A program made the position numbers and the translations under genes. A stretch of 11,273 nucleotides of DNA, taken from the NCBI GenBank assembly GCA_016235455.1, contig JACRKZ010000076.1, forward strand, positions 1 through 11,273, written 5' to 3'. Position 1 is the first letter of the stretch; every line of letters starts with the position of its first letter. Positions 6,292 through 11,273 of the stretch are shown here, one piece after another. Under the pieces are notes generated by a model that saw only the letters and a program-made list of their open reading frames with translations, was not told where the DNA came from and ran no database searches. Source of the stretch: Armatimonadota bacterium (GTDB lineage: Bacteria; Armatimonadota; UBA10988).

Positions 6292-7239
6292 CTACGGGGT
6301 CCAGCGCACCGTGTCCGGGTCAACGCCACACACCTTGAGAAGGTGGAGGGCGTTGGTGACGCAGCTACCCGCGGAGTAGTTGCTCTCGAGCAAGATGCCT
6401 CCACCGAGTTGGTGGGCGTTCTTGAACGACGCGCCGTCCTTGTGCACAGGACTGGTGTTCACGATGAAGCGCTTCTTGCCGCCGGCGTCGGGCACAGGGC
6501 ACTGCTCGGCACTCAGGCGAGCGCTCGCAACAAGCCAGAGTCCGACAGACTTCAGCACAGAGGCCCATGAGCTGACCTGAACCTGATCACCATTCGGGAA
6601 CTGGATCGAGGCGGGCACCTTGCTCCCGCTCACGACGAGATCCGCGAGCAGGGACAGGCCGTCCACACGATGTGGAAGCGACTTTGTCGGTTGAGTCTCT
6701 GCCGCGGGCAGCGGCGTAGTCGCCTTCGGAACAGCCAATGCATTGATGTGTCCAGCCACCAGGCCAAACAGTGATACCAACTGGTTCAGTGCCGCCAGCG
6801 CCGTGCCGGCGGAGATGGCAAACTGGAGCACGATCCGGTCCTGCAAGGGCACCATGATGTTGTGCGCATCCACAAGCTGCCACTGGTCGCCATTCGTCAG
6901 GATGCCCCAACGTACCGGCTTGGGCTGGCAGTTCACGCAGTAGTTGCTGAGCTGTTCAAGTTCCTTGAGCGCCAGATTGGCGCCCAGCGACTTTGCTTCG
7001 ATCAGGGTCGCCGGTGCCCCTGCTGCCATGAGCGCGTAGTCCACGAAGTTCACGCTGGCGGCGCCGGCGCGGTACTCCGCCAGCACGCTGTGCGCGTCAT
7101 GCACGTCCCAGCCGAGCAGCTTCAGGACCGGGTCGATGAGCGCGTACCGCGTCGCGGATTCTGTCTTGGACAAGTAGCCGTGGTGCTGCTTCATCACCTC
7201 ACGCAAGCGTTCGACCTCGTCGAGCAGTGGCTTGATCAC
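6292..7239 (-). CDS. Standalone HsdR_N-like PD-(D/E)xK restriction endonuclease with a C-terminal putative DNA-binding domain, 315 aa
   Basis: Motifs ESATRYALIDPVLKLLGWD, EY, VDYAL (D67), IEAK (E81/K83), EQLSNY (QxxxY) and GILTNGDQW match the type I restriction enzyme R N-terminal domain. A Pro/Thr linker is followed by a ~120-aa domain. GAGAGGGG RBS before the GTG. No helicase domain and no adjacent hsdM/hsdS. Confidence 0.82.
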   Translation of the reverse strand: MIKPLLDEVERLREVMKQHHGYLSKTESATRYALIDPVLKLLGWDVHDAHSVLAEYRAGAASVNFVDYALMAAGAPATLIEAKSLGANLALKELEQLSNYCVNCQPKPVRWGILTNGDQWQLVDAHNIMVPLQDRIVLQFAISAGTALAALNQLVSLFGLVAGHINALAVPKATTPLPAAETQPTKSLPHRVDGLSLLADLVVSGSKVPASIQFPNGDQVQVSSWASVLKSVGLWLVASARLSAEQCPVPDAGGKKRFIVNTSPVHKDGASFKNAHQLGGGILLESNYSAGSCVTNALHLLKVCGVDPDTVRWTP

Positions 7240-7301
7240 CGTTGAGCACCCCTCTCGTCCTGGGCATTCGCCGCCGTCGCCCAGCCCCCTCCGCGCGGCC
7301 C

Positions 7302-7348
7302 AAATCCGAAGGCCGCGAACGGGTCCGACGAACCCGTTCGCGGCCCTC
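7302..7348 (-). terminator. Intrinsic terminator of the sdhCAB operon
   Basis: Perfect 14-bp stem GGCCGCGAACGGGT/ACCCGTTCGCGGCC (7311-7324 / 7332-7345) with a 7-nt loop, 22 nt after the sdhB stop. It is followed on the minus strand by an imperfect U-tract TTCGGATTT. Confidence 0.7.
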
Positions 7349-7367
7349 TGCTACGTTGGCTAGACGC

Positions 7368-8125
7368 CTACTCCTGCGCCACCGGCGCCCGCAGCGCCGA
7401 GGCCAGCATGTCGCGGTTCAGCTTGGCGATGAAGTCCAGGCTGATGCCCTTGGGGCAGACCGCCTCGCAGGCGCCGTGGTTGGTGCAGTTGCCAAACCCC
7501 TCGGCGTCGTGCTGCTCTAGCATGCGCTGCACCCGCTCATAGCGCTCGGGCTGGCCCTGGGGCAGCAGGCCGAGATGGCTCACCTTGGCCGACAGGAAGA
7601 GCATGGCCGAGGCGTTGGGGCAGGCCGCCACGCAGGCGCCGCAGCCGATGCACTGGGCCGCGTCCATGGCCCAATCGGCCGCGGGCTTGGGCACCAGGAT
7701 GGCGTTGGCCTCCGGCGCGGAGCCGGTGCGCGCGCTGATGTAGCCGCCGGCCTGGATGATGCGGTCGAACGCGCTGCGGTCAACGATCAGGTCACGGATG
7801 ACCGGGAAGGCCTTGGCGCGATACGGCTCGATCCACAGCTCCTCGCCATCGGAGAAATGGCGCATGTGGAGCTGGCAGGTGGCGGTCAGGCCGGTCTTGC
7901 CGTGCGGCCGGCCGTTGATGACCATGCCGCACGAGCCGCAAATGCCTTCGCGGCAGTCATGCTCGAAGGCGAACGGCTCCTTGCCCTCGGCGGTCAGGCG
8001 CTCGTTGACGACGTCGAGCATCTCCAGGAAGGACATGTGCTCGTTGACGTCGGGCGCCACGTACGTTTCGAACCGACCCGGCGCGGTGGGGCCGCTCTGG
8101 CGCCAGACATGCAGTGTCAGTTTCA

Positions 8126-8126
<1 letters not shown>
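7368..8126 (-). CDS. sdhB: Succinate dehydrogenase/fumarate reductase iron-sulfur subunit, 252 aa
   Basis: CREGICGSC...C ([2Fe-2S]), [12 protein letters not shown] and [12 protein letters not shown] ([4Fe-4S]/[3Fe-4S]), plus [10 protein letters not shown]. The true start is ATG 8126 ([10 protein letters not shown]), overlapping the sdhA stop as TGATG. Confidence 0.96.
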
Positions 8127-10039
<1,913 letters not shown>

Positions 10040-10057
10040 GTCGTGTCTCCTCGTGCT

Positions 10058-10744
10058 CTACAGGTGCAGCACACCGGCCTGGACGGCCAGCGGAATGCTT
10101 GCGTTGCCCACGAAAACGAGCAGACTGAAGGCCAGCGCCAACGGCCGCCGTAGCGCGTTGTAGCGCGGGCTGTTGAGGCCGAGGGTCTGGAAGGCGCTCC
10201 AGATGCCGTGATACAGGTGCAGGCACAGCGGCACCATGGCCAACAGGTAAAAGGCGGCCAGCCAGCTGTGCTGGAAACCGGCAATCACGTTGTTGTACGG
10301 GTCGCCCGCGACATACTCGCCGGGGCAGATCCAGCCCCAGGTGAGATGGGCCAGGTGGAACAGAATGAACGCGCCGAGGGTGACGCCCCCCAGGCGCATC
10401 ATCAAGCTGGTCCGCGACAGCACGAGACTATTGTCAACCTTGTTGTACCGGGTGGGCCGAGCGGCATCGCTCAGCAAGTAGAGTTGGACGGCCATGGTGA
10501 TGTGAAGCGCAGCACAAGCAATGATGCCCAGTCGCGCAACGCATAGTCCGGCCGTTGGAGGCAACAGGGGTTCGCCGATGTGGCGAAGCCATTCCGCATA
10601 GTGGTTGAAGACTTCTCGTCCCAGGAAGATCTTGAGGTTGCCGGCCATGTGACCCAGCACAAAGGCACAGAGGCCCGCGCCGGTCGCCGCCATGATGATC
10701 TTCTTGCCGACGGTCAGTCGCCAGAGACTGCTCAGGGCTCGCAT
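10058..10744 (-). CDS. sdhC: Succinate dehydrogenase/fumarate reductase cytochrome b subunit (single anchor, b558-type, diheme), ~228 aa
   Basis: TVGKKIIMAATG, GHMAGNL, LHI, FHLAHL and HLYHGIWSAFQTLG, with five hydrophobic segments. Start taken as ATG 10744 behind AAAGGA. First gene of the sdhCAB operon. Confidence 0.93.
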   Translation of the reverse strand: MRALSSLWRLTVGKKIIMAATGAGLCAFVLGHMAGNLKIFLGREVFNHYAEWLRHIGEPLLPPTAGLCVARLGIIACAALHITMAVQLYLLSDAARPTRYNKVDNSLVLSRTSLMMRLGGVTLGAFILFHLAHLTWGWICPGEYVAGDPYNNVIAGFQHSWLAAFYLLAMVPLCLHLYHGIWSAFQTLGLNSPRYNALRRPLALAFSLLVFVGNASIPLAVQAGVLHL

Positions 10745-10765
10745 CGTAGCGTCCTTTCGGCCCCA

Positions 10766-10793
10766 ACCGTACAACGAACCGGGTAGGCGTCAA
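10766..10793 (-). promoter_or_regulatory. Candidate sigma70 promoter of sdhCAB
   Basis: Minus strand TTGACG (10793-10788), 16-nt spacer, TACGGT (10771-10766; TAnnnT), ending about 21 nt upstream of the sdhC ATG. Confidence 0.45.
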
Positions 10794-10900
10794 GCTGAAG
10801 TGCGAGCGTAGTGTGACACGGCCTGGGGGCTTGACAGGCTAGGAATTGGCCGTGAAGGAGGCGCGGTCGTGGCGGCCAACTCCGCGTTCGGAGCAATGCC

Positions 10901-11273
10901 GTGTGGTCCCTCGCCCTACTTGCCACCCTCACCCTGGCCGACCCCGTCGGCAAGCGACCCTACGAACTCGACTGGGCCGGTCGCACCGCCGACGCGCAGC
11001 CGGCGCTGGTCGACTTCGAGCAGCCGGCCGACTGGAAGGTCGAGGCGGCCAACAGCGAGGCCACCTTCGTGCGCACGCGCGAGCAGCAGATCTGGGGCGA
11101 CTGGGTCGGCCGGCTGACCTACCGCGGCACCGGCGGCAACCCCACGGTCATGATCAGGCCGCCGGCGCCCGTGCCGATTGGCAAGGCGTTCGATGCCGTG
11201 ACGTTGTGGGTCTATGGCAACAACTGGGGCTGGGGACCCAATCCCGGCACGCCGCAGGTGGGCATCACGGCGC
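10901..11273 (+). CDS. Partial CDS (5' end): putative secreted hypothetical protein
   Basis: GGAG (10890-10893), 7 nt, GTG 10901. Open to the window end: MWSLALLATLTLADPVGKRPYELDWAGRTADAQPALVDFEQPADWKVE...RLTYRGTGG...AVTLWVYGNNWGW. Hydrophobic N-terminus and strong GC-ending codon bias. Missing from the ORF track because it has no stop in the window. Confidence 0.8.
   Translation, partial: MWSLALLATLTLADPVGKRPYELDWAGRTADAQPALVDFEQPADWKVEAANSEATFVRTREQQIWGDWVGRLTYRGTGGNPTVMIRPPAPVPIGKAFDAVTLWVYGNNWGWGPNPGTPQVGITA

Noticed and set aside
6292-7239. Complete type I restriction-modification system (hsdR)
   Set aside because: Only the nuclease domain is present, with no SF2 helicase motifs and no hsdM/hsdS in the window.
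7298-7361. Second attC site around the post-sdhB hairpin (AGCCAAC...TTTGGGC on the minus strand)
   Set aside because: Both boxes deviate from consensus (no GTT), and the perfect bulge-free stem right after an operon fits a terminator better.

Overview
High-GC bacterial DNA (roughly 70% by eye; the gene types suggest Armatimonadota or the PVC group, which is inference only). From left to right: (1) a minus-strand unit comprising a URO-D/MtaA-fold protein, an unusual 806-aa Hsp70-Ser/Thr kinase fusion in which both domains have lost catalytic residues, and a translationally coupled secreted protein cut off by the window edge; (2) a divergent, exported LamG + GH32-fold glycosidase with a non-canonical active site, coupled to a small 2-TM protein; (3) a solitary, lower-GC HsdR_N-type PD-(D/E)xK nuclease gene with a possible SeqA-C-like domain, followed by a 108-bp attC-like imperfect palindrome; (4) a canonical three-subunit sdhCAB/frdCAB operon with a promoter candidate and terminator; (5) the start of a divergent secreted protein. 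The strongest candidates for new biology are the double-pseudoenzyme Hsp70-kinase, the possible integron-cassette defence nuclease and the GH32 variant lacking the RDP/EC motifs. All family assignments come from motif recognition by eye; no searches were run.
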